Source: Octopus vulgaris (taxonomy: Eukaryota). Taken from it: a stretch of 64,000 nt of DNA. The translations under genes and the position numbers were made by a program. Location of the stretch: assembly GCA_951406725.2 (NCBI GenBank), contig OX597817.1, positions 90,520,001 to 90,584,000 on the forward strand, in the 5' to 3' direction. Every line of letters starts with the position of its first letter. Position 1 is the first letter of the stretch. Below the pieces are notes generated by a model. The model saw nothing but the letters and a program-made list of their open reading frames with translations. It was not told the DNA's origin and did not search any database. Positions 39,705 to 53,214 of the stretch are shown here, piece by piece.

Positions 39705-39754
<50 letters not shown>

Positions 39755-40533
39755 GTATATATACAAGCATACATATAAATATATATGTATACATACATAT
39801 ATATGTATACTTATATATATATGTACACTTACATATATATAAATTATGTGTACATGTAGCTGCCTTGATGTCTCTCTCTTTCTTCACAAGGCTTACATAT
39901 CAAAGGATTGCATCAAATCCAATAATTTCTGATAACCTCATCTCTCCCCCACCTCTATCTCTCTATCACTTGCCTGTTTTTCTCTCTCGTCTACTACCAG
40001 TAAGCTACCATTGGAATGTCTCTTTTGGCTGTTAGCGACCACTACTTCTACAGATCATTCATTATTGACATCAATCGCACTTTCTTACCACCCACGACTT
40101 TTGTAACGATCAATCACTTGCTCTCTCTCCGCCTCTCTCTCTTTCTCTCACTCCCCCTATCCATTATCCTCTGCAATCAATGTCTTCTCCATTGCACCCT
40201 GCCATAACTTTCCCCACCATAATTGCCTCTCTCCTAACAATGCCTCACCCATTTCGCCTTCCATCACGCTATCCATTCTGTAATCCTGTCCTACAGCAAG
40301 GAATGTTCTCCATGACAAAACACAGTAAATGTCTTTCTTACAGGTTTGAATATGTCCTAAGCATATTTGAACTGGTAGTAATCTTGCATTTAGACACATC
40401 ACTGATTAGAGCTGCCACCCTGTAATTTGTTCACGGTGAGCTGCTGATTAGTGGTACCAGTCATTGTATGATGATGGGAACATCATAAGAGAGGCAGCCT
40501 CTCTTATAACTCACAGCACATCTTGTCTGGTTT

Positions 40534-40581
40534 CTGTAACTGAAGAGGAGATAACCTCTCTGAAATGCTTGCATCTCACAG
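40534..40581 (+). ncRNA. Minimal type I hammerhead ribozyme motif
   Basis: ctgtaa CTGAAGA ggaga taacc tctct GAAA tgc tt gc ATC tcacag. Stem I pairs 5 of 6 positions, the core is intact, stem II is 5 bp, stem III is near-palindromic and the triplet is AUC. Confidence 0.78.
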
Positions 40582-41597
40582 CTTGGGTAGGTGGCACTGC
40601 GAGCTGATTTTGGTGTATTTGAACTATTTGTTTAAGTCACGATATGTTCACCACAAACACAGTGAATGCCTTTCTTATGGGTTCAAACATACTTCAAGCA
40701 TAATCTTGTACCTATCCACTTCTTTCTCCCCCCTTCTTTAGTTCACCTTTTACAGTCATCCTCTCACCCACAAGCTCTATTGGTTACATTGCAACAATTA
40801 GATGGAAACAGTGTATCTGTGATGAAGACAGCTTTTGTCTCGCAGATATGTAAAGTGATTAAAAGATAAGTGAAGACAATGTAGTGCTAAAAGGTCCAAT
40901 AGTTCTGCATTGTTGAGAACATGATACCATCTCTAATGCTGGTGCCACATTAAAATGTATCAAATACACTCTGTAAAAGGATTGGTTATAAGACAGGCAT
41001 CTGGTTATGGAAACCATGACAAAATAAAACACATGGGTCAATAAATTTAAATGAGGTTGAACTTGCCAGCATTAAGAGTAGATGCAAAATAATGATGAGG
41101 ATATATATGCATGCATAAAATTACATACATACGTATATACAGAGACAGATAGACAGACACACATGCATATATATATACACACATGCACACACATGTATAC
41201 ATAAACACACACAGACAGATAGATAGAAAGAGAGAGAGAGAGAACAAAGCAAATATACGTCAACAAAAATCTAAGGATGTTGGTAGTTAATATTATTAGA
41301 TTGATGCCTAAAGAAGCAAAAATGTTATAGAGTAAAAGTACATATATATATATATGAGGAAAATTCAAGAGCAAATAGAAAAAAAACTATGAAAGTCAAC
41401 TAGATGTACGCAGCGAATATATTAGATTGGCACTTGGTGAAAGCTTTGATGAAAAAATAGGAATAAAAATATGATGTTTCAATGCATATGTATATGTCTG
41501 TGTGTGTAAACATATATGAATAAACAAAGAGAAGAAAGAGAGTACTCAATACTGGAATTAGAGTATTGTAATGTATTTATTGTAGCAAAAACTTCAT

Positions 41598-41638
41598 ATT
41601 TTGTAACTATGAGTTTCACATTTCTCTTCAGACAAAAT
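41598..41638 (-). ncRNA. Hammerhead motif with a collapsed stem II (probably inactive)
   Basis: Minus strand reads attttgt CTGAAGA gaaatgt GAAA ct cat a GTT acaaaat. It has a perfect 7-bp stem I, an intact core and a 3-bp stem III. Confidence 0.6.
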
Positions 41639-42016
41639 TTGGAAATTATAAAATTTGTAATAGGTCATACAATGTGACAAATCATATGATGTGTGATAGG
41701 TCATAGGATGTGTAGTAACTCATAAGATCATAAAGTGTGTATAAATCTCAGAAGATGTATCATAGACTATAATGAGAGATAGTCTTCATCTTATGAGAAG
41801 TGTTGTTGAAAAGAAAAAGAAAAGAAAAAGAAAAGAAAAAGTAGAAATGATGATATCTTTAGGTTAATGAGGAGAGAAAACATTATCAAAGATAAATCAT
41901 GTTTTATTGAAGTCTATCTGAATTTAACATTTTGTGTCTTACTGATAATCTTCACTATCAAGTTAAACACAGAGTGGTGTGATAGGGTGGTTTGAAGGTG
42001 ATCACTTGTGAGCTGC

Positions 42017-42058
<42 letters not shown>

Positions 42059-42061
42059 TTA

Positions 42062-42522
42062 TGGTTTCAAATTTTGCCACAAGGGCAGCCATTTTGCAGG
42101 AGAAGATGAGTTGATTACATTGACCTACAGTATTTCACTGGTACTTAATTTATCAACCCTGAAAGGATGAAAGGCAAAGTCAACCTCAGTGAAATTTGAA
42201 CTCAGAATGTAGTGACAGGTGAAACAGCACTAAGCATTCCACCTGGCATGCTAACAATTCTGCCAGCTCACTGCCTTAATGATAATAACAATAACAACAA
42301 CAATAATAATCCTTTCTACTACAAGCACAAGGTCTGAAATTTGCCGGGAGGGGACTAATTGATTACTTTGACCTCAGTGCTTTACTGGTACTTATTTTAT
42401 TGACCCTGAAAGGATAGATGGTTAAATCGACCTCGGTGGAATTTGAACTCAGAACACGAAGACAGATGAAATACTGCTAAGCATTTTGCCCAACATGCTA
42501 AAGATTCTACAAGCTCACCACC

Positions 42523-42524
<2 letters not shown>
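42062..42524 (-). mobile_element. Tandem pair of SINE family A between (AAT)n tracts
   Basis: Two reverse-complement copies of the family A consensus. Confidence 0.85.
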
Positions 42525-42564
<40 letters not shown>

Positions 42565-42989
42565 TGGGTTACAGCAACTATTCTGCTCAGTACTACAAAT
42601 TTGCTTGTCACTTGTTCGATCTTAACTAGTTGAGGATGTCCCTTAGTGGCTTTAGTGGCTGATGATGTGTGCATTTCTGATCATGACAGAAGTAGTGGGG
42701 GTGCATCATAGCCATATGTTGAGAGGAATTCTTTGTCATTTGAATAATTCGCCTCTGGAAAACATGGGTGTTTCATTCATCATCCTTAAATAACCCTTAT
42801 TCAGGGATGTTTTGAGTGGAATCTTTTTGTGCATCTATTTGTGATGGATGTGAATCTAATTTGATTCCAAGTAAGAATTTTGCTATAAAATCATAATGAG
42901 GACACTGATGATTTTGATTTTACCTGGGATTGAGCAAATGTGTTTGTTGATTGAAGGATATGATTCTGTTATACTTGTTTCTTCAACTC

Positions 42990-43375
42990 GAATTGTTTTG
43001 ATGCATAATGACACATTTTACATCATGCAGATTGATCTAGGCAATGACTTTCCCAAGATGTCAAATTAAACTGTAACGATTTTAGTGATTGCTTCAACTT
43101 AGCTTTATAACTAAGAATGGGTCTTCCTTTACCACAGTATCCCTCTACTTGTTGACCATACAAAAGAATTTTTGGAATGCTGTCATCTGTAATTTGAACA
43201 TGTCCTATCCATCTGCACTGAATTCTCAGCAGCATGATTTTGATACTGAAAATATCACATTTTTCTAAGATTTTGACATTTGATATCTTATCTTGACATT
43301 TTATATTGCAGATATTGAGCAGACAACACATGTGAAAGGTTCTAACTTGCTTTATGTGTCTGTAGTAGGGAGTTC
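42990..43375 (-). mobile_element. RTE/BovB-like LINE 3' ORF fragment of a different family
   Basis: ORF 43023-43331: IKCQDKISNVKILEK...RWIGHVQ..DDSIPKILLYGQ...GRPILSYKAKLK. Confidence 0.75.
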
Positions 43376-46300
43376 ATGATTTCAAATTCTGACACAAGGC
43401 CAACAATTTTGGGGGCAGGAGGTAAGTCGATTACATCAACCCCAGCGCTCATTTGGTACTTACTTTATTGATCCCCAAAAAGTGAAAAGCAAAGTTGATC
43501 CCAGCAGAATTTGAACTCAGAACATAAAGACAGATGACATGCCACTAAGCATCTTTCCTAACATGCTAACGCTTCTGCTAGCTTGTCTAATCATTGTCAT
43601 CATCATTTAACATTCATTTTCCATGCTGGCATTGGTTAGATGGTTTGACCGGAGCTGCCCAGCTGAAAAGATCCCTGGGCTCTATGTCTGTTTTAGCATG
43701 GTTTCTATGACTGGATGTGCGTCCTAATGCCAACCACTTTACACAATGTCTTGGATGCTTCTATGCAGCACTGGCACAGGTGCTTATATGCGGCACTGGC
43801 ACAGGTGGTTTTCATATGATACCAGCCCCCTCGAGCCTACAAACAAAGATGGTAACAATAGCTAGAAGTACATGCAGAGTATATAGGATGAAACAAAGAG
43901 AGAAAGAAAAGCAGTTTATATGATAGTTTTAATGGTTGTGTTGGTCATATCTGTAGAACAGTGTTACTGTTTGTACAGGTTTCATCTATTGGATGGTGTT
44001 ACTGTTTGTCACAAGAATAAATAACTTAGACCATGCCATACTAAAGACCATTGAAATGATTGCCAATGCTATGTCACTCCAACACTCTTCGATCACAGCT
44101 TCACAAATACACAGGCTCCTCTTGTTGTAACTTCTACCACTACTGCAATGACTTCTGTTTCTCTGAACTAGCTAGTTAATACACCCTCTTCACACAAAAC
44201 CAATGTGATATACTTATATATTCTCTTCTTGTCATCCTTACTACATCTCAACATCCAGACTTAACACAAAACACTTGACTAATTCTTCTTCCTTAGAACT
44301 GTTGTCTCCTACCCTATATATTTCTTAAAAAAAAACAACTTGGCACTCCTTCAGTTATGGCAATGAGGTTTCCTGTTGGTCCAATCAATGGAACAGCCTG
44401 TTTGTAAAATTAATGTGCAAGCGGCTGAGCACTCCACAGACATGTGTACCCTTAATGTAGTTCTCAGGGAGATTCAGCATAACACAGAATGTGACAAGGC
44501 TGGCCCTTTGACATATATGTACTTCTCGTTCATGCCAGCTGAATAGAGAGGCACAATGTGAAATAAAGTGACTTGCTCAAGGATATAATGCGCTACCAGA
44601 TATTGAACTCATGACTATATAATCATTAGCCAAATACCCTAACCATCTAACCACATGACTTCACATATCTTTCTTACAAACTCACAACCCTACAGATATT
44701 CAAACTGAATATAGCTCCATTAAATGTTAAACAATATTAACATATGGGTGCAAGCTGTTTACTTCCCAGCCATATGGCTTCAGGTTAATTCCCACAGCAT
44801 GGCACCATTGGCAAGAGTGTTGGGCAAAGTCATGTGAGCTTGTGAGTGTATTTGGTAGATGGAAACTGAAAGAAGCCCATCATATAACTATCTGTCTTTC
44901 TGCCTACCTGCCTGCCTCTTTGTGTGTATGAGTCTACTCATCTTGACATTGTGTCATAGCTGTAAATGAGTGTCACCATCATATAAGTGGTGTTGTTTAT
45001 TTCCAATCTTCTGTGAAAATAAGTCCAATCATGGGGGGAAAATGTTACCTTGCTTGAAAATAAGTGAGGACTGATAGCATGAAGGACATCTAGTCTGGCT
45101 GTAGAAAAATCTGCCAAAACAAATTCCATCTGATCTACACATGCATGGAAAAGTGGATGTTATGTTGATGATGATGATGATGATGGTGGTTGTGGTGGTA
45201 ATGACAATGATGATGATGATGATGATGAGGTTAATAAACCACAAAGGTTATAAGCACTCTCCTTCATCTTTAGAATCATTTAGAAATAATATAAAGAAAA
45301 GTATTTACTGTTGTGCAAGTAATGTATGCATGTATGGAATATATGTGTATGAAATAATATATATATATATGTATATGTAAGTATTTATATATATATATTT
45401 TTTTTTTTATATGCAATGTATGTGTATATAAATGTATATATAATGTACACATGAAATGCTTGTGTCGTGTATATATACCACAGAACCTGCCAATGTGTGT
45501 GTATGTGTGTATATGCGTGCGAGTGCGTGCGCGCGCTTCATGAAGGAGATTTGACTGTTGTTCCTGGCTAGTCGTTGGCTCGTGGATGCAGATAATATAA
45601 TTATTTGTGGCTGAATGAGAATCAGGTTATTTCCAAGCGTGGAATGAAATTTCAACATTAAAGATAACAGTAGTTATTCCCCTTACACCTTGCTTGATTG
45701 TTTTACGTTTATAGTATTCTGTGGAAAGCAACACTTGTAAACCAATCTACAGTGTTTCCAACCTTTTTTTTTTTTTTTTTTTTGAACCATTGAAATACAT
45801 TCCATGTCTGCTAGTAAAAATTATCATATATCTTTTCAGTTTCTTTTCTTTCTCTTTCCTACAGTTAGATTTCATAAAAAGATTAAACTAACCATAAAAC
45901 TATCTTTGAAAGGTTTACCAGAACTTAAATCCATAAGATGCCACAAAGGAAGTTTAAGAAATTTTGATTTAACCAAGACCTTGTTTAGACGAAATTCCCT
46001 GACAATTCCTGTCATAAGCTCCTTTCCTCAATGGGACAAATGGTAGTATTTCAAATATACTGTGCATGTAAAATGAAATTGTGAATATAGACTTTACATC
46101 TAAAAATGACTCAGGCCCCCTAATGACTTCTCACAAGACACTAGGATTCTGAGGAACCCTGTTTGGGAAATGCAGCTCTAAATGACAGTTTCACCACATA
46201 CAATGCCCATCTTTCACTCTCATGCAATATTATATGTTATAAAAGCGGCAAGCTGGCAAAATTGTTAGCATGCCAGGCAAAATGCTTAGTAGCATTTCGT

Positions 46301-46469
46301 ATCTCTTTACATTCTGTGTTCAAATTCTGCCGTGGTTGACTTTGCCTTTCATCTTTTGAGAATATAAAAACTAAATACCAGTTGAGCAATGGGCTCAATG
46401 TAATTGACTTACCCACTCCCACCGACCATCCTGGCCTTTTACTAAAATTTGAAACCAATATTACATGTT

Positions 46470-47020
46470 ATACACAAGCATCATACAGTCTGCCCATTAT
46501 TGTGAAAAGGATTAATATATCCCTGAACTTTTCCTACCCCATTCTTATTCTGGCTAGTAGTCAGAATAAGAATGGGGCAGGGAAATCTTTCATAACACCC
46601 ACCTCCACCGTTGATGAGGTTACAGATACTATCAACTACTTCTAACAGCACTCTTGAGCAGTTGACAGCTTTCATCTGTTGGGTGCTCTCACTGCTGACT
46701 ATGCTTGTGTATCTATCAAATATGAAATCCTCTTTTTCTCTTATTCTTTCAGAGATTCCACTGCATCTTTTGTGCACCAACTGTGAGCATTCGTTTCGTG
46801 GTTGAGACATTCTACTTACTCCCTTTCTTCATACTGATTATTGTCACTTCCCAGTTATTGATGTTCTCTTTTCTACTAGCTAAAACTGTGCTAAATTAAC
46901 TCCTAAGTCTCTCAATTCCTTCCTTCTGTGTCAGAAATTTTCCTTCTAACTTTGTAACAGATATGGCTATGAGAACTAGTCTGTTAACATACAGGAGTCC
47001 ATATAGACAACCAATTTATT
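46470..47020 (-). mobile_element. Old RTE RT fragment
   Basis: Translation contains CSQLVHKRCSGI and LEVVDSICNL...GGGC, matching the PHD and RT motif 7 region of the intact copy. Confidence 0.7.
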
Positions 47021-49076
47021 ATGGCTTGGGTAACTATAATAATAAACTAAATAATAATAAATGAAAATATCATCACATGATCATGTGATGATCATATGGT
47101 TGACCTGACTATCAGATGCTATACACTGCTGGTCACAATGCCTACTTTGCATTGTTTTAACCTTTGAATGACAACCCTACTAGGTAGGTGAGCAGGACAA
47201 CATTTTCCCCTTGATTGAAAGGGGAAATGGAGCAACATGCTGCCTGGTCTGAGAATCAAACCCATGATCTAGAAATTGAGAGTGCAACACCCTAACCACA
47301 AGGTCATGTGCTTTCATAAAACATTATCATGTATATACATCTTTATATCTTTAAATCTACTTTTTCCATGCTAACATAGATTGGATGACTTTCACAGTAC
47401 TTTATCCCTCACTCATGGTACTTGTTACTAAACACAAAGCAACAGAGTAAAATCACCCATCCTTATTATTGTGCATAATGATGGAGCTAAAATGGCGACA
47501 GACTGTTATCTGTTTGGACATTATGCATTACTGGAGAATGTTTTAACAGCTTACAAGGCATTCCTTGTAGAATATACCTAGTATAACCAAGTCTTGAGTA
47601 TCATTGCTGATGCACTAAAACAATAATGCAGCAGTGCCAATGAAATAAAAATCGACATCTAAGCATATCCTGTTGTTTTATGCAATGAAAGTGAGAAAAG
47701 ACAACACTAGAGGATAAATAAAGAAATATCAGAACTCAGACTTACTCATGTTGTTAATGTCTGGAATATATATGTGGATTTGAAAGAAGTGTTATTATAC
47801 CCAATTCAAATTACAATAACAAATAAATGCCCTAATTTTTTTCTTAGGGACTGATTTAATAAAAATCAGTGCCAATTATTGAGCTGACAGTGCCTGTGGC
47901 AATAGGGAAAGGGTACATTAAACAAAGGACCTAGAATATGTGGGAGTCATGTGAGGCACAAGGATAGAAGTGTACGGTGCTTCTTGGAGAGGTTAGAAGC
48001 CATAGGTTTATGGTTAGTTCCACAATGCCCTAACTGCTGGGTTTTGAGCTTGGGAAGGACAGCAGAGCTGTAATTCACAAAATGGAGAGGGATGCATAGA
48101 AACTGCTACAACAAAGAAGTAACAGAAACGTAGGCAAAAGACCAAAGCTAAGAGAGAAGAACAAATCCACAGTAAATCATAAATTAAAATAGATACTGCA
48201 TGGCTACAGATGTACTTGGTCTGTTATTGTGTGGCTGCATACATAACAGCGAGGGTGAAAATCAAGCTAAAATATAGAGCAAAGGCACATGGGTATTCCT
48301 TGGAAGTACCAAAGCTGCTCAGTGTTTGTTGGAGGAAGTGATAATTTTGGAACATGCTGAAATCATTGTGATCTAAGGTGGATAACTGATAAAAGTAACT
48401 TCTTTTACATGCAAGTTGTGTATATGCATACACATAAACATAAATATTCAGCCAGAGAGTCAGCTGTGTACACCCCCAACCCCCCACACATGCATTCTCT
48501 AGTTTTACATGAGACAAGGCAATTGCTGTAGTGCTGGTGCCATAATAAAATGCATCCAGTATACTTAATAAAATGGTCCAGAACAAGAAAAACATGCAAC
48601 CAAAGAAAACAAACCAACACTTAATTGTGTGAGTATGACATAATCCTCCATCCAACTTCGAAGGGCAGTAACTCTTAATAAGACAATGACAATCAGCCAT
48701 ACTATGTCAGCAAGGAAAACAAATATAAACTTATGCTGATGCTGTTTCCGCGCGCGCACATACGCCCGCACCCCCACCCTTATTCTTATGATTTTTCCTA
48801 TTGAATGTCCTGCCTGGAATAAACAAACACATGTCCATAAAAAGTAATCGTACACACACATGTAGTAAAGTGATGTAGAAATACATTATACAAACATTTC
48901 TACACATACATCAATGCATATGTAAGCCCTGACTCACATCTTCACAAATTCCTGGAACTGTCTCAACTCAAAGAGGTCCTGTCACATTGTAAGTATGAAA
49001 GGAAAAAACATACGCATATATCTGCAAATACAAATACACATGAATGTATGTGCAGATATATGCATGTATGTATGTA

Positions 49077-49113
<37 letters not shown>

Positions 49114-49884
49114 CTATATATATATGCACACATACATTCATACACATACACACATGCATACAAACATACATACACACATGCATACAAACATACACACATA
49201 GATACATATACAAGTGTATTCATGCATATATTCATAGAAAAACTGCTCAAATCCCCTGGGACAAGAACCAAACCCAAACTGTACTACCATAGACATGAGC
49301 TGTCTAGCAGATGGGATACAAATACATATGTAGGACGTAAGGGCATCTATATATGTATATATTATATTCATATACAAATAATCATGTATATACACACACA
49401 CATACATACATACATACATACATACATACATACATACATACATACATACATACGTACATTTGCCATATACAAATTACAAGTATGAGTGCGTGTGTGTAAC
49501 TGAGACAATCAAACAGCCAATGGTGATAGGATAGTAGATATAAACTGACAGAAATGATGATCATACTGAGGGAGAGATAATGGTAGTGGTGGTGGTAATG
49601 ATGATGATCATGATGGTGGTGATGAAATCTCACTGGAATTGTTATATTGCCAATTCTTTTTATTTATTCCACATTCCAAACACTAACTGCTCCCATTTAC
49701 TCCTCCTCTCTACATATATCCGATCTCCCTCTAAAGTGGATATTGTCTATCGATAGAAAGAAGATAGAGAGAGGTGAACAGGTAGGAAAAGGTTGTTATG
49801 GCAACTAGGGAGAATAAACATTGCATAGCAGAAATGACAATCAATCAAACATCATCATCATCATTATATATACACACACACAAA

Positions 49885-49958
<74 letters not shown>

Positions 49959-49999
49959 CCTACCTACCTACCTACCTACCTACCTACCTACCTACCTAC

Positions 50000-50035
<36 letters not shown>

Positions 50036-53000
50036 ATATATATATATATCTACACACACATGCACAAATATACATATACATACATATGTATGTATGTATG
50101 TATGCATGTATGTATTTATGTGTGTATATTTGTATGTTTGTATGCTTGTATGTATGTTTAAAACTCATTCATTGGGTCTCCTAGTTGGTCATTTAAATTG
50201 CCATAAATAACAATCAATTTTTCTCTCACATTTAATGTTTTGAAAAAGAAGGACACATTTTATAATGTAGTGTTGAATACACTGTGTCTGAATAAAAGAC
50301 ATGATGGTCACAGCAGTGCCTTTGACCACAGGTCTGCCAGATGAGGACTGTCTTGTGGAAAACAAAAACAATAAAGAAAAGGATATATAAAATAATGCAG
50401 TCCTAGATAGATTATGTCCAAATAAATGATAGGATGGTGATAGTTTGGCTGGAGTTGAGCTCCAACAAAGAAGGACTCTTTAGATAATGTAGTCCTAGAT
50501 ACACTATGTCACTATGTTTGGTCAAAAGTTAGGACTGACTTGGTTAAGAATGAGGAAACACACAGTTGATAGTGCTTTCTACAATAGGCACAAGGCCTGC
50601 AATTTTGGGAAAGGAGGTAAACAGATTACATCAGCTGCAGTGCTCAACTGTTACTTATTCTATTGAGTTTGAAAGGATGAAAGGCAAAGTTAACCTCAGC
50701 AGAATTTGAACTCAGAATGTAAAGCTGGAAGAAATGCTGTTTAGGCATTTTGTCAACTGTGCTAATGATTCTGCTTGTTCACTGTCTTAAGGACACAGAA
50801 GATAATGTCTGATTAAAAGACAAGATGGTCATAGATCTTCTGAATTCGACATAAGCTTGGGTTAAACAACAACAACAATAACTATCACAATCAATCAATC
50901 TATTGATCAAATAAAACAGAAATTGTCCCATAATTTTGTTGTTCTAATTAAATGACAAAAAATATTTAAATAAATGAATAAAATACGGAAACAAAAATGA
51001 CTCCAAAACTTTACTTAATTGTTATGTTGAAGCATCTAAGTAACTCCACCTCTGACCATCATACCTGAAAGTATCAATGGATTTGTTTCTCATTTTAAGA
51101 CAGTAGGAAGTGATTTGAAGAAGATTTGGTTATTCTTTCTGGAAGGTAGAGAGTCCACCTAGAGGCTTCCACATTGGTTAGGGGAGTATACAGTACTGTA
51201 TCATTAATGTTATATAACTGCAGGTCAAGCTTGATAATAGGATTGTTTAAGCAGAGCTATTATCAAAAGAAGTTCTAGCCATGACCATCACAACGTTTTA
51301 TTCAAGCGTAGTGTATCTAAGACTACATTATTCAATGTATCTTTCATTTGTTAAGACTGCAACCTGTACTTTACGGAAGGTGTCGCTGTTATTTCTAGCA
51401 GGTCACAATAGCCACATCAAGGATTTCTTGTGTGAACGAAATACAGTCCGTGATCGAAGGGAGATAAATCAGAAGAAATATTAACTAAAATGGATGCGTT
51501 TTTCAGATGAAGATGTCATTTCTGCATGTCTTGTAACACTATCTGATAACAACAAAAAAAAAATCCCTAATATTAGTTATGGACAAACTGCAGTCTTTGG
51601 GACTTTCTGGGACGACATTGAACAATGTAGTCCAAGATGCACTACGTTTGAATAAAACGATGTGATGGTCATGGCTAGAACCTTTTTTTGATAATAGGTC
51701 TGCTTGAACAAACCAATTATCAACCTTGACCTGGGGTTATATATATAAAATTAACTGTACCGTGTTGTATTCTTCACGAACCAATGTGGATGCCTCTAAG
51801 TGGTCTCTCTACCTTCTAGAAATAATAGCCAAATCCTTATGAAAAACAACCTTGAATTTTTTTAGTAGCAGGATCCTGTCTGATGATAAGCCATATCTCA
51901 TGTGACCCTGGTCTAGAAAAAGGTCGCCCATTCCTGCTTTATATACTCCAAGAAGGAAAAGTCCATTAAGTTAAGAGGCTTCACCATTTTCAATGAGTGA
52001 ATCTTAAAAATACCTTACTTTGAAAACTGGTAAAGGTTGTTTACAAGCAAGAGCATATAGTTGTAAGAAATCTGCCTCAACAAGTTGTTTTGTTTAATTT
52101 GTGCCAGCAGGGAAATATGGACATAGGTGCAGGCACAGTTGTATGGTAAGAAGCTTGCTTTCCAACCTGTGGTTCTAGGTTCAGTCCCACTGCATCACAC
52201 CTTGGTTAAGTGTCCACTAATATAGTTTTGGGTCAACCAAAGTCTTGTGAGTGGATCTGGTTGACAGAAACATACGTTTTTTTATATTTTACATGTTTCA
52301 GTCATTAGACTGCAGCTATGCTGGGGCACTGTTTTGAACTTTTAGTTGAATGAATCAACTTATTCTATTGGTTTCTTTTGCTGAACTGTTAAGCTATGAT
52401 GATGTAAACACACCAACACCAATTGTCAAGTGGTGGTGATGGTGGTTGTGGGGGAGCAAACACAGATACAAAGACACATGCATAGATACAAACACACACA
52501 TATATTTATATAAATATGACGAGCTTATTTCAGTTTCCATCTACCATATACACTCACAAGGCTTTGGTTAGCTTAAGGCTAAAGTAGAAGACACTTGCCC
52601 AAGATGCCATGCTGTGAGACTGAACATGGAACCATGTGGTTGGGAAGCATGCCTCTTACCACACAGCCACACCTGGTGTTTTTGTGTTTACATTTGTACC
52701 CCACCACCACTTTAATAACTGGTGTTGGTGTGCTTATGTCTCTGTAACTTAGCAGTTCAGCAAAAGAAACCAATAGAATAAGTACCAGGCTTAATGAAAA
52801 ATATGTACTGGAGTTGATTCATTCAACTAAGAATTCTTCAAGGTGGTGCCCCAGCATGGCAGCAGTCCAAAGACTGAAACAAGTAAAAGAAATTATAAAA
52901 GAAAATAAAGGAATATATATATGATGATGTAGATGATGATCCTCATTTTACTGTTCTCTTTTCCTTAGTTGTATGGGTTGGATGAATTTGTTAAAGCACA

Positions 53001-53170
53001 TTTTCTATGGCTAAATGCCTTTCCTGTTGCGAACCCTCCCCTGTTTCCAAGGTAAGGTAGTATTTCCCCTAGACCAGACATGTTTTCACAAGTGATAGGA
53101 TATGAAGGACACTGTTTGTGTGATGGTGAGACTCATTCACAATTATCATGTGATGTCAAGGAAAGGAGAC

Positions 53171-53214
<44 letters not shown>

